From positions 70,184,001-70,248,000 of the forward strand of contig NW_024704744.1 of assembly GCF_018977255.1 (NCBI RefSeq): DNA of 64,000 nucleotides, given 5' to 3'. Of this stretch, positions 1-13,118 are shown in pieces; positions within the stretch are counted from its first letter, which is position 1; each line of letters starts with the position of its first letter. Below the pieces are notes generated by a model. It saw only the letters and a program-made list of their open reading frames with translations, was not told where the DNA came from and searched no databases. Source of the stretch: Callorhinchus milii. Taxonomy: Eukaryota. Position numbers and translations under genes: made by a program.

Positions 1-350
1 TGGTTAGAGCACTTGCCTCGCAAGCAAGAGGACGTGGGTTTGATTCCCGGGCAGGGCGAAACTTTGGGCAAGTTTTCTTACTCTACATGCTTCTGTTTAC
101 CTAACAGTAAATAGGAACCTGGTTGTTAGTCGATTGGCGAATCGCTTTTCTGGGGGTAATAATCTCTTCAAAACAATAAATCTAACAATAATTTGGCAAC
201 TCAATCTATGAGTGGTTGTGGGTAACAATTGGCTGCCATGTTTTGGCCACAAAATGTACAAGTAATTCACTTTACAGTATATTCTGTGAAGCGCTTTGAG
301 ATGTCTCAAAGACATGATATGGTACTTTATCAAATGCTAGGATTATTATT
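1..350 (+). mobile_element. tRNA-derived SINE, near full length (5' end cut by window edge)
   Basis: tRNA-like head (TGGTTAGAGCAC...CTCGCAAGCAAG...GGTTTGATTCCC B-box). Body matches copies at 42385 and 60349. L2-like tail GTGAAGCGCTTTGAGATGTC...ATCAAATGC plus (TTA)n. Confidence 0.85.
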
Positions 351-1744
351 TTATATCCTCTAAAGTGCTTTGAGATGTTCTCCCAAAGTGAAAGGTGTTA
401 TACCAAAACAGATCAATTTTTTTTATTCTTTTACTGATATTTTTAACCAATGAACTCCCCTCTACGTCAAGTGTAGTCCGCATCCTTTTTAAAGACGAGG
501 AGGTGCACTAATTAAGATATTTATTTTCTCATGGTCTTTTGTCCATTGGTGCGGTCTTTCCTGCCATACTAGTGTTTTTGTACACGCTAGAAGGGAAACT
601 AGTGTGTAGTGTCTTGTGAGAACATATGCTGAGGAAGGGGAAACAGCTGGAGGTCTTACTGTGGCCGGTATTATTCTACGTAAGTTGTATGGGGGCTGAA
701 TAGTTTGCATTTCCCTTAATGGGTCTTATTTGTCATGGGAGTCCTGATCAGTATTTTGAGGTTTACAATTCTTTGTCTGTGATAATCTAGCTGCCATCAT
801 ATTAAATCAAAGTGATAGATTAGGTGGTGTTTTCTGCAGTTCTCTGCTCATTGTTGCATACTAGGCAGACACACTATCTCTGAATGGGAGAAGCAGAGAC
901 TGTGTCTCGGTTCCAACCGTTCACTACAATATAAATCAGGGTCAGAACATGGAACAGGAGTTTGGGGGAAGAAGGATGGGGGAGGGGATAGGGAGAACAG
1001 GGAAAGGAAGCATCTGGGCTTTCAATCTGTGCCAAATTCAGAAAGCCAAGCCATGCATGAAGTGGGAAAAGAATAGGTGATTGTTCTGAGATAGAGCAGC
1101 CTTAAGGAGGAAAAATTTCACAGGAATAGACATAAAGATGATAGATATTAATACACTTGATTTCTGTCTTAAGTAATCCAAGATTTACACTAATTGGAAA
1201 AGAACAACAGATAAATTTACACTGACTGCCCTGGAAAGCTGAGGGCTCAGATTTTGCTTCTATACTGTTGGCTAAACTCCTTATTTGTTCTACAGCTTTG
1301 TTTTCCAAACACTGTTAGTTTTCCGTTTGCACATCTGGAGCCATCAATTTCTCATGCCCTTAGGCTTAAGACCAGTGTCTTCGAGATAATGCAGAATTGT
1401 GGAAAAGTTTTTAACCTCAGCCTTGTTGGATGCCAATATTCCCCATTTCTTTCTGGTGCTATACAAATCAGCCTTCAGATTAAGACCAATTTTCACACTA
1501 TTTTCCAAAATTCTTCATTTTCGTAAACTTTTAAGATAATGGACTTAAATTCTAAGAGGAGGGATTTGACACCCCTGATCTGTAAAATAACACAAAACGT
1601 AATTGTTAATAATAAATAATAAAATATAAATAATATCAATTTTTTTTTAATAATCCTGGCACGTCAGAAGGACATCCCAAACCACTTCATGGGATTTAGT
1701 GTAAAGTACAGTCACTGTATTTTATAGATAAACAAGTAGAAAGT

Positions 1745-1842
1745 AGCAACAGAGAGAGCTGAGAAAACTCAGCAGGTCAGGCAGCATCTATGGAGAAAGG
1801 AAAGAGAGTCAACGTTTCGGGTCCACGACCCTTCGTCAGAAA
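1745..1842 (-). mobile_element. Penelope-like element pLTR fragment with hammerhead ribozyme motif
   Basis: Reverse strand reads CTGACGA-A-GGGTC-GTG-GACCC-GAAAC-GTT-GACT, then ...ATAGATGCTGCCTGACCTGCTGAG. The same block follows the PLE 3' region at 21389-21494. Confidence 0.8.
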
Positions 1843-1928
1843 TTAACGACCAAATGATCTGAAAAACTGATGGTTGGGATATTGGGAAGCACTCCCTTTT
1901 TTTTTCAATGATGTTAAACATTTCCAAG

Positions 1929-2045
1929 TAGGAAATGAATACGTCATGGACTCGAGGAGATAAACACTAGGAAATGGATGTGTCACAGTTTTGAGGAAAT
2001 TGACACTAGGAAATGGACACGCCATGGACATGAGGAAATGGACAA
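1929..2045. repeat. 3 x 39-bp minisatellite
   Basis: Units start TAGGAAATG at 1929, 1968 and 2007, with an internal AGGAAATGGACAC-like subrepeat. Confidence 0.8.
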
Positions 2046-2699
2046 TTCATCCTGGTAATACGTGCCGTTCAGACGATACGACATGTTAAGCACTAACTCA
2101 TGAGTTCATCTTGGGATATGGTTAACATATGGCCCATCCTTGGTTGCTAGGCCATTTCAGGAGTTGAGAGTCAATGATTTAATGTGGGACTGGAGACTTG
2201 TGTCACCAGTACTGGGTAAGGTTGGCAAATTTCCTTCCCTGAAGGACATTGGTTAAACAGTTGGATTTTTGCAACACAATTGTGTGACCATTGTTCTGTT
2301 CTGGACCTCTTTGCACAGGGAAAAGATTAAACCTTCACCTACCCAGCTTCATTTGGCTTATAAGTGATACCAGGCAGAACCACAATATTTAGGAAATCTT
2401 AATCCTCTTCATTTGGAATGTTACAAAGTAGATTCTGATCCTTAAGAGGTTAAAGATCAGTGCAGAGAATATACATTTTATCTGTAGTTTGGAGCTGGAG
2501 TTGTAACCACATTCTGCTACCGTTGCTGCCTTATAGTCTCAAGGGTATTGACAGGATGCTGCTCTTCCAGTTCCTTTAATAGTCGTGGCCCAGTGCACAT
2601 CCCAGAGTATTTTGTTCGGATTGAGTTAAAGGAGAGCCTGGATTCAGACACCAGTGCTGTTTGTTTACCATTCCACAGTCCTTGAATAGGAATATAGGA

Positions 2700-3298
2700 G
2701 AATAAAATAACAGGCCAGGAAAGTTGAACGGGTTGGAACCACAGAAGAGGAGACATTGATGGGAGCCAAGAACTATGGCTTCCATCTTGTCAAAATTCAG
2801 CTTCAGAAAGTTGGGGTTCATACAGGCTTTACTGTCTGACAAGTAAGATGACAGAACATAGATGGACCTGGAATCAAAACTGGAAGAGAAGGAGATTTGA
2901 GTGTCATCTGCATGCACATGGAAGTTGATCCCATGTCTGTAGATGACATAGCAGAGAGGGAGCATATAGATGAGGAAGAAGGGGCCAAGGATGGAACCTC
3001 GAGGTACACCACAGGTGACCGGGTGGGGGAAGGAGGAGAAACCGTTTGTGGAGACAAAGTGATGGTAGTTGGTTAAGTAGTACTCGAACATTGCAAGTGC
3101 AGGCCCACTGAGGTAGATGAAGGAGGAGAAGCGGTGGATGAGGGTGGTGTGATCGACTGTGTCAAATGCGGTGGAGAAGTCCAGGAGGATGAGGAAGCAG
3201 AGGGAGCCCTGGTCACATAGAGAGCGAGGACGTCATTTGAGACTTTGCCAAATGTAAGCAGGACAGAAACGAGAATGAAGGGCGAGTTAGAAATGGAC
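2700..3298 (-). mobile_element. L2-clade LINE reverse transcriptase fragment (degenerate)
   Basis: ORF 2576-3091 contains GVPRGSILGP-FLIYMLPL...HADDTQI...NFLKLNFDKMEAIVLG, the RT motif series of L2/CR1-group LINEs; frameshifted. Confidence 0.85.
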
Positions 3299-3904
3299 AA
3301 TGTTACTGAAGTATGAATATTTTTCAGTGTTACACACTGAGGGAGCTGAACTTGTCCAAAACTGCTCGGCCCATAGCCAGGAAATTCTGTGGACCTTGCT
3401 AGCAGTCTAGGGTTAGTGGTAACAGTGATGCTTATAGGAACAGGCGTTCACTCCTCTGTGGAAAGCAATACTTCTTACTGCCAGATAACTGTTCAAGTGC
3501 CTAACACGAAACAATCCCAAAATATCACCCTGAGCTTTAAAAATAAGAGAAGAAAATTCCAGCTGTTAACTGTATATCTCCTATGAAAATTCCCCAAAGT
3601 AAAGAATGTTCCATTACCAATGCATCTCTGCACATGGAGAGGAACTGGATCCAGAGAGACCGAGCAGAAACTGACTGTTGGATGCTGAAGCAGAGACTGA
3701 ATACCAGTGATGCTTAGGGATGGGATTGTGTACATTTGCCTGGAAACTGTCTTGTGGTTAGGAAGCTGCCCAGAAAATGTGAAAAATTCTCTTACCCTTT
3801 TGAAAGGAAGCCAAATTTTCAATATTTTAGTGGTGGTTCAAATGTTTTCCTCCATTCTGTTGGGCATAAAACATATGGTGTGTGATGTCTATGTAATATC
3901 GGGG

Positions 3905-4658
3905 GTCTGTGTCTGCGTCGTGTGTGCGTGTCTGCGTCATGTGTTTGTGTCGCGTGTTGCATGTGTCGTGTACTCGCATGTCTGTGCGTGTCATGTGCGT
4001 GTTGTGTGTCGTGTGCACGCGTGTCTGCCTGTGTCGTGTGCACGCATGTCTGCCTGTGTCGTGCGCGCGCGTGTCTGCCTGTATCGTGTGCACGCATGTC
4101 TGTGTCGTGTGTGTCATGTGCGCGTGTGTCTGTGTCGTGTACGCGCGTATTTGGGTCGTGTGTGTCATGTATGCACGTATCTGTCCTATATGTCGTGTGC
4201 GCGTGTGTCTATGTCGTCTGTATCGCGTCTGTGTCGTTTGTGTGTGTCTGTCGTTTGTATGTGTGTTGTGTTTGTCATGTGTGTGGGTGTCTGTGCCATG
4301 TGTGTCGTATGCGTGTGTGTGTCTGTCTGTTGTGTGTATTGTGTGTGTGTGCGTCGTGTGTGTCATGCGCATGAGTATCTGTCGTGTGTGCGTGTGTCTA
4401 TGTCGTGCGTTTCTGTGTCGTGGGTGGCACGCGTGTCTGTGTCATGTGTGTTGCGTGTCGTTAGTCTGTGTCTGTGTGTGCATGTCTGTGTTGTGTGTGT
4501 CTGTGCCGTGTGTGTCTGTATGATGTGTGTGTCGTGTGTCTTGTTTGTGTCCTTCTGTGTCGTGTGTCTCTGTCTGTGTCGTGTGTGTGTGTGTGTGTGT
4601 ATGTTTGTTGTGTGTGTGTTTGTGTCGTGTATGTGTGTGTCTGTATCATGTGTGCGTC
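3905..4658. repeat. Complex (TG)n/TGTCG-rich simple repeat, about 750 bp
   Basis: Near-continuous purine-pyrimidine alternation with recurring GTGTCGTGTGCACGCATGTCTG-like units. Confidence 0.95.
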
Positions 4659-4864
4659 AGTAAGTTGGTTGACATTTTGTATCCAATTCAGCATGATGAC
4701 TATCACATCAAATCAGTTATGAAATGTTGTAAATTTATCCTCAATGATGCATGAGACAAAAATTGCAATTTGAAAATAATAAAAAAAGGAATCTTGAAAA
4801 GATATGGAGCCAAAAGTTCCCTGTATTAAAGAGAAATGAGCTCTGTGTTTACTTTTACATTCAG

Positions 4865-4991
4865 GAGGAAGCTGGCTTCTACTGTTATCTTAACTCCTCA
4901 TCAGATAACTCACAGAACATTTATGCCATTTATTGATATTTTATTCTATGGTCCAATTCTGCAAGAGCTTAAAGGCTCCAGTGTTATAAAG
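4865..4991 (+). CDS. Candidate internal coding exon, unidentified gene
   Basis: Acceptor TTTTACATTCAG| and donor AAG|GTAAAT. Open frame RKLASTVILTPHQITHRTFMPFIDILFYGPILQELKGSSVIK (phase 2 to 0). No homolog recognised. Confidence 0.25.
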
Positions 4992-7828
4992 GTAAATGTT
5001 GCTGTCCAGTGTAGATCAGCCATCAATGCCTCCCTCTCCAAACACTTGGAGCGACCTAAGTGAGTGATCCAAAGATCCAGTACCAACCTCATTATAGGAA
5101 AAATGAAACCATTTTAATTAGCTTGAATTGATAAACTCTAGTTTAGCTTGTGCCAAAACAACTTCTGGTATGTCAACAATGTTGATATGCACAACCATCT
5201 TCTAATCAGCAGTACCAAGGTTTGCTTGTTTTGTTGCTGCTGAGATTTACTTTGAGAAGTGCATAGTTCAGTACACTGCGGTCTTCTGCTCAAATTACCA
5301 CAAGATGTCATTTACTGGACTCCTGGAAGTGTACATAGTATGGGACCAAAGAGGGATTTGTCAGACAAACTAACATTAGATTTATTGGCTTGCAACTGTA
5401 GGCTCTGGCAAGTAAGTAACTATATGCATCTCAGTTAATCTCGGAGAATTTTACCTTTGCAAAATGTTTTTGCCTTCATTGACAATGTCTTGTCAGCAAA
5501 AGAAACTAACACACTTGATGGATGGCTTAATTGGTAAAGGTTGCTGTCCAGTGTAAGATCAGCCATACAGAGGCACAAGAACACAGGTTTGAGTCCTTGA
5601 GTTAATGGGCATCAACTTTGGCATATGAGGGTTATATTCATGCTCCTGAGCAAGGAGAAAAGAAAGACTATTAGTGGGGGTAATTCTATGTGTATGTGAA
5701 CAGGATCAGGCTCTGATGCCTCCTGCAGCTGAATAGTCTGCCAACGTTCATTGTGAATGCTCAAACAGGATCACAAGACGTTTAGATGAAGAAGGCTCTT
5801 TGGCCCATTTGATCTCATCCATCCAGAATATCCACCCTGTTATCTTCTCATTTCAGCTTCAAACAGTGAATCCTGTGAAGCACTTTGAGATGTCCTCCCA
5901 ATATGAAAGGTGCTATATCAAAGTATTATTAATATGGATCAGTCTGGAAATAAGACTAAGACATGTGAGTAAACCTGGGACGCTTCACCATATGAAGAGT
6001 GCTATATAAATGCAAGATGTTGTTGTTGTTGTCGTAAGCCAGGTTGAATCATTTCCTGTAATTGAGTGCCTTTCACAAAGTTATTCAGTGACCAAGAACA
6101 ATGGTTCACTGTTATTTCATGGGTGCTTTTGCTGGTGTTGTCGAGAGTAATTACTATACTTTGAAAAAATACAATATGAAGAATAAAAAACATTGTTGGA
6201 CCTACAAAAAATTGCTACCAGTTTTGTAAGGAAACACACTGGGTGATATTTTCCATTGGCTGGTGAATTTATAGATCTTGGCAGCTGATGCTGCTAATAA
6301 GAAAATCCCATTCTATGCACATGTGCCCAAGTCAGTAAATTTACCAAACTTCGGAAAATAAGTCCTGAAGCATGAACTTTTACAGGAACCTTACTTCAGC
6401 CAAATAGTTTCCATTTTGTGTCAGAAAAGAGACCTCATTAAGCAGTTACCATCATTGAGAGCAATACTGTTCGTAACTCTTGTAAACAGTGTGAGTTATG
6501 AGATTTTTGTGTGTGAATGTGCAGCGACAGGGAGCCCTGCTCATGTGCCTTATATTGGATCCAGAGGAGGTCCTGAACCAAACAAGTAGTTTGTGTTCAC
6601 AATTGCTGGAGTGCTTTTGATCACTATCAGATTTGATACACAATAATCTTCCACTTATCTGAGGAGGGGGCACTGGGGGACCAGATGACAGAACTTGAAA
6701 CCACATTTTTTTCCCCTTCCAGTTTACAACCAGCAGAAATTTATGATTTCCTTCAGTGCATGGAGCACACTGCTTTAATCCAGTGCCAAAATGTAATGAT
6801 TGCAGTATGATACCAGTTACATTCACAAGGTTCGATACCAGTAAATGCCCTGACTACAAAATAGAAAACAACTTACAAAGGAATGCTGCAAAAAGAATGA
6901 AAAATGTTAAAAACAAGTCAGAGTTTTCAATATGAAGGCATATCAAAGTCATGGTCATCCCCAGTGCCATGATCCTGAATGCTAGACCTGGCACATGCTG
7001 GTAGGATATTTTGATCTCTGTGTTGCTGTTTCGCTTTATACTTTGCCCTAAAACAGCTGGACTGTGTGGAGTTCCCAACCCCCCACAATTACTCTGTCTC
7101 AGACTTGAAGATAATGACCTTCAGTTTCCAAACATTCTTTTCCAGAGCATCCTGGCTTCACTAACAGCCACTAAGCAGTGAATGCTTCTTATTTTCTTGC
7201 TGTTCTAAGAAGCCTTCCTTGTGATTAAGGAGCTTTGCTAACTCGTATCATCTGCTAGGTCACAACAACAGCAATTCCTCTTTCTGTATTGGAGCATCAG
7301 CAGTTCTGTGCTGGATGGGTCATCCCAAAGGCACAGACTCAAACTGTCCTCAAAGACAATGACAGAGTTTATTTCTGTTTTTTCTATTGGATTACACTTA
7401 TTTCCACACTGAAACACTCACCCTTTGTGTTATCGCTTGTGAACTTCCAGTGATTGAGTTGCAGGCAGTAATCTCTCAGTCAGGACATCAATACACAAAA
7501 TGCATTGACCATCAGCATCCACAGGCAAGTACAATAATGGGCGCTTGTTCAAGTTAGGGAGGGGATGCCAGTGCTGACGGAGCCATACCCCAGCATGAGC
7601 CATCCCCCTCGTGGAGAGCATGGGGAAAAAAAAGATTATTCGCAGGCAATGTCAATGTCTCAACACTACTTTGGCATTTCTCAGTTTACATTACAAAGCA
7701 CCGTAATCCTTGAATGCTCTACTGGAAAATACTGAACATGAGAGCAAGAAAGAAAGCTGAACTTTTACTGGGATCAAACATAAGATCAAGAAATATGCCT
7801 TTTAAGCTGATTTCCTTGGGTTTTTTTT

Positions 7829-7952
7829 GTCAGTCCGGTGCCTGGCACATGTGGAAACCCATACTTAAGAGTATCCAAACCAGAATGAGGGTTTCACATA
7901 TGTATGCCACCTACATGAGGAAGTATGCCTTTTATGGAATGTGTACCAGTTA
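7829..7952 (+). repeat. Unclassified ~120-bp dispersed repeat with internal hairpin (copy 1)
   Basis: Alignable by eye to 37881-38007 (GTCAG...CTG.CACATGTGGAAACCCAT...CTTAAGAGTA.CC.AACCAGA.TGAG...ACCAGTT). Confidence 0.6.
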
Positions 7953-8908
7953 AGACCACCCTACCCATTAGAACTAAGCTTGCAGAGTTAATAGGAGTCG
8001 GTTGGGAAATATCACTGCCCCCAAGTGCCTTGAGCGATTATACTGAATCCCTTTGTCCTCGGTTATCTCAAACCTTGTCTTTTTAAAAAATGATTTATTT
8101 CTTTATAATAAAATGAGATATCAACATCAAAGCACATTGAGATGTCTAGAAGACGTGATGAGGCACTATGTAAAATGAAAGGGTTATTATTTATTATTAT
8201 CACAAAGGGAGGTTCTCTTGGCAGTCAGAAACGTTTTACTATTTATGAAACTTCTGATCATTTTGTATCTTACGAGGACAACAAAGTATTAGCCTGTGTG
8301 AATTGTTACGTTTCTTTACATAACGATTTGACTGCATTTTCGGTTAACTTCGCTCCTCAGCTCAAACTAGCCACCGAATACGAGAAAGTTACTCATAACA
8401 TAAGATCGTAATATACATAATACACATAATTATATATATACATAGAACAAGTTGATACAAATGTAATCCTACGTAAATTATTTTAGGTACAGCTGATATT
8501 TTATGCTGCTGCCTTTCAAGCACTGGCTAGTCTGACTCAAACAACACTAAATATGTTATTTTGCCTAAAGCCAATGTTGCTACAAGAAACAGTAATAGAA
8601 ACAAGTCACCTAGTCATTGAACTTGCCACCCAGCTGAAAAATGTGCTGTCAGAGATTCTGGCTTACAGTATCTGAACAAAGTTATTAACTAAAAATTGTT
8701 GTAACCCTTGGCTCCGATTGCTGATTGAAATGTTCACATTAAATTCTCCCCTTGTAGGTTTATGATTGATTTAATTTGATGTGCAGGTATCATACATTTT
8801 CTCCGGTGCTGGGACATGAAAAGTCAATCCATATCACAATGATAAAAGCCTTTCACTTCCATAATTGCAAAGAAGCACATTTATTGCATTGCTTAATACT
8901 TGTATCAG

Positions 8909-8953
8909 ATTACATTCAGAAATATGCTTTCCTCCTTACCCTCATGGCCTAAG
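8909..8953 (+). CDS. Candidate 45-nt coding exon
   Basis: TACTTGTATCAG| ... AAG|GTAAGA. Encodes ITFRNMLSSLPSWPK in phase 0-0, compatible with the 4865-4991 candidate. Confidence 0.2.
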
Positions 8954-9499
8954 GTAAGATAGGGAGAACTGAAGCATAGCCTGCACTGCATGCCCTTTTA
9001 TTTCAATCGATCTGTTAATTCAGGGGCTTATGTAAGCTATTTCTCACCAGATCTCTGCATTCAATTCCATATGGTAAAGTAAACGCTGAGTGGGAAGTAT
9101 TTCTACATTGCTGCATTAAGCACTGGGTAATGTACTGTGACTCAATTATAATGTGGTATGTGTAGGTTGGTTTGCCCACGCATTAAACAGCTTTGTGTGC
9201 ATTTCTGAACCGAAATGTGAAATTCAAAATTTAGTCTGTGGGTAATTTGACACCTCAGTCTATCTTATCAAATTGGACGTATTCCTGGAAATGTCATTTA
9301 AAAGACAAAGTATTGAAGGTGTTCCCTGTGGTAATCTAAATCTTACATTATGAAGGTTAGATTATTGCAAACTTTTTTTTAATAGAATCAGAAATTATAG
9401 GATCAAAGAAAGGTGTTTGGTTTATCAGCCTCTACAGATGCTGACTTCCTCTAGAACTAAATAATCAAATAATAATAATAATCTTTACATTTGACATAG

Positions 9500-9645
9500 T
9501 GTAACTGCTGTGCGCAATTGGCTGCCTCATTTCGCCCACAAAATATACAGTCAATTCACCTTACAATATATTGTGTGAAGCGCTTTGAGATGTTTCTTGA
9601 AGATGTGATAAAGCGCTTTATCAAATGCAAGTATTATGATTATTA
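9500..9645 (+). mobile_element. tRNA-SINE 3' half
   Basis: CTGCTGTGCGCAATTGGCTGCC...CGCCCACAAAATATACAGTCAATT...GTGAAGCGCTTTGAGATG...ATCAAATGCAAG tail. Confidence 0.8.
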
Positions 9646-9689
9646 TGGTGTCTTTCTCATTGTGAGGTTTTCTCAAAGGTTTTGCTGCA

Positions 9690-10030
9690 AACTATAATGA
9701 CAGCTAACTTGCACACAGCAATGGGCCACAAACAGTCATGAAGTGAATGGCCAGTTTTATTTGAGTGTTTATTGGCCAGGAGACTGGGATCTTTAACGTC
9801 TACCTTACCAAGCAGACGGGACCTCGGTTTAACATCTCGTACAAAGGATGGCACCTCGACAATGCAGCGCTTTCCCAGCACTGGATTGAAGCGTTCTGGG
9901 ATGTTTCCCTGTATGTAGGGTGCTACATAAATGCAAGTCATTGTTGAAGCATGAGCTTAGACTTGTCGTGGGGCTTGAACCCTCAACTTTCTGAATCAGA
10001 GATGAGCGTGCTACCAACTGAGACGGGCTG
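9690..10030 (-). mobile_element. Deu-domain SINE (SacSINE1/AmnSINE1-like), degraded
   Basis: Reverse strand has head CTCAGTTGGTAGCACGCTCATCTCTGATTCAGAAAGTTGAGGGTTCAAGCCCCAC and Deu-like core GAGATGTTAAACCGAGGTCCCGTCTGC...GACGTTAAAGATCCCA. Confidence 0.75.
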
Positions 10031-11019
10031 ACTCCAGAGAATACCACTTTCCTCATACCTCTTTTTGATTTTCCTCTTCAAATACTTACCAATTCCATTT
10101 TAATTCTTGTTATGGTTTTAACTTCAATAGACATTTGTAGCAAACATTCTGTGTTATTGGCTTTGGTACTGCTGAGTCAGTGAAGCTTAAAATCCAACCT
10201 GTCCTTGTGAAGTACTTTTATTTATTTTTATTCCTGTGAAGTGCTTTTGTGAAATGAAAAACTGCAGGCTGGTTTATAATGGAGAAACCCAACCCTTGCT
10301 CTTCACCCCTTTTGATTCCAATCCCCCAGCTCGGGTGCAAACCCTTCACTGTCCAGCGCCTTGGGACGTCCTCCCAAAATAAAAGCATCCTATAAATGCA
10401 ATTTGTTATTGTTGTTATAGTTCAAGTGGTGCCTTAATACACCTGCAGTGCAAATGTTTGAAGCAGGATTGGTGAATTTGACCTATTTTTAGCCCATTCT
10501 CTCTCACCCTCCTCATTCTCTGCATACTCCAGCAATGGTGTGGATACATCTGCCAACAAGTGGGAATCTGTCTGCAGGATACTGCAGAGCACCTTGTGAA
10601 ATACATACATGAGGAAAAAGACAAATGAGAATATGGGAGGGGAATAGAGAGAGGACACTTGGATGGGTGTGACTCTTGTGGGGTATAAACACCTGCACGG
10701 ATGAGTTGGGCCAGACAGTATTTTCATTGCTCTACAGTCTATATAATTCTATGTACTATAATAACCTTTTCCCACCCCTAGAGAATTTGGTAAACAATCT
10801 TAAATCCTGTCTTGATTTCTAAGTAGGTTTTCCACAGTTCTTTTTGGATGCTGGCTAGCATTGGTTTTCAAATCAATTGAATTTAAGACTATTTTGCAAA
10901 ATTCCACTCCAATTTTAAGACAAAGCCTAAGAAATTGAGCAAATCTGTGCCCCAAAATGTGTAACAAACTCAATATGATGCTCATTTATCCAGATCCGCT
11001 CGCTTCTTTTGCCAAACAC

Positions 11020-11292
11020 TTGGTTAAGCAAGGTTCGCTCCATTGGCGGGTGGGCCTTTTGCCATTCTGCCCCCGCCTTCTGGAACTCCATCCCGCAGTC
11101 CCTCCACCCCACCCCCTCCCTTGCCTCCTTCAAGACCCATCTCAAGACCCTCCTCTTCGACCATGCTTCCCACCCCATCCTCCACCCTCCCCGACCCCAA
11201 TCCCCAGCTCAGGTCCGAAACTCTGTCTGTCCAGCATTTGGGATGTCCTCCTGACGTGAAAGGTACTATACAAATGTAGTTTTGTTGCTGTT
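11020..11292 (+). mobile_element. L2 LINE 3' end
   Basis: Encodes IGGWAFCHSAPAFWNSIP...LASFKTHLKTLLF (L2 ORF2 C-terminus), followed by the stem-loop tail and (TTG)n. Confidence 0.85.
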
Positions 11293-13118
11293 AAACGTTT
11301 GGTCCTAAATTTTACAAAATTTTACTACTTTACAAAATTCTGCACAATCTTAATTTTTAAGACAATGATACTAAATCTAAGAGCCTACGTTTGTTACAAC
11401 TACAGTCACTACACACCAGTAACTTCCTGGGAAGAGCTTTGAGATGTCTCAACAATATAACAAGACACTATATCAAATGCAAGGATTATTATTACTATGT
11501 TACATTGAAGAAATCTTCTTTTTATAAACAAAACCTGACATTTCCTACATGTCCTGGCTGGTAGATCTAAGCAGTACATTGATAACATTTGTGGCAGGTA
11601 CAAGCTCTGTCTGGTTACTTAACTGCTGCACTTTGACAGATGTGGGTTTTGAATGCTGACTCCATACAACAAGCTTGCACTCACGTGCTCCAGAATTACT
11701 TCATTGCACCATTTCCCATAAAAATAGGAATGAGTGCTGTTTTATTCAGGCAATGCACATCACATACATAAACAGTTTCACTTGGTTTTACCAAAGTCCA
11801 TTGCCTTATCATCGCACTCTGGCCAGATACAATAAAGTGGTCTATAAAACTGTGACAAATGGATATAATGTACTCTGACCTCAAACATCCACCCAATGAC
11901 TTCTTGAAGTATAGTTTCTGTGTTTAACCTTTATGATGGATGTTCGTCTGTGTCTTTGTTCACTAAAGAACACAGTTGATTCCTTTACGCCTTTTAACGT
12001 TGATCTTTTCAACTTTCAAATACCTTTTTTGTGTCAAAGAAATAGGTCAAATTCAACAATCTATTCTTTCTTATTATTTCTGCAAACTGGAAGCAGAATT
12101 TTATTTCTTCTAGAAGGTCCATATAAAACATCTTTGTTCTAGATTGAAGAACCTAGTTTAATAATAATAAATATCCTTACATTTGCTGTCGCGACTTTCA
12201 TGTTGGGAGGACTAAAATGCTTCAGGGGACATACTGAAAGTAGAGTGATTGTATTATGGGTGACTGAGTTTGTCTAATTATATTTTTGTTGGGGAGTTTA
12301 TTAATTAGAAAATGACAGCATAAGATCACAGTGAGAAGTATATGGTTGTACTAGCTTTATAGCTTTATATAGTGCCCTTCACGCTACCCCACATGTTGGG
12401 CGCTACATAAATGCAAGTTGTTGTTGTACTGAAATAGTTTAAATCTAATGTCACAAACTAGCTGTGCGGGTGGAGACATTGTCTGATAGATACATGGGCT
12501 TCTGGACTGGCAGCAGATTGGGTTAAGAACTGCCTGCTAAAGTGTTGTGATAAAATAATAAAAATCCTTTCATTTGTATCATGTCATATTGTCCAGATGT
12601 CTTAAAGAGCTTCACAGGATATACTTTGAAAGAGTGTAACTGTGGGGGTAAAACACCAGTAGAATTATGCAGCCCATCAATTATTTGTTTTTAATGACCG
12701 ATTTCAAAGTTCAAAAGCAAATGTGAATTTTTTTTGTTCTGTAAATTCCTTGCCAAACCAGATTTGTAATAATAATCCTTCCAATTGATGCAACCTCTTC
12801 TATACCAGGAAGACATCACAAAGTGTTTCATGGGATTTACTGAAATGTGTTGTGACTGTGTATTTTGTTGGCAAACATTTACCTGAAAGTGCTGAAGCCT
12901 CTTTGGAGATTTCAGAGTGAAGCTGGTTTTATTATGCTTCAGTGTAGATTATTTTTCTGTTTAATATAAGGTTTAACGCAGCAGCCAATTGCACTATATT
13001 GTCTGACAAACAGTCGTGGATTGAGTGACCAATTTATTTTACATAATTTTGTAATTTTCTGTCAGGATTTGGGAATTGGCTGTTGGGAGCCCAAGACGGG
13101 GGCTGTCCGTGCAGCAGC

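Noticed and set aside
1929-2045. CRISPR-like spacing of short repeats
   Set aside because: The intervening sequences are themselves similar (39-bp minisatellite), there are no cas genes, and the context is eukaryotic.
2161-2215. Possible + strand exon with GTAAGG donor
   Set aside because: Lies in what appears to be a degraded interspersed repeat (2150-2280).
3707-4754. Long Cys/Val-rich and Thr/His-rich ORFs (up to 318 aa)
   Set aside because: Translations of the TG-rich simple repeat, open in most frames on both strands.
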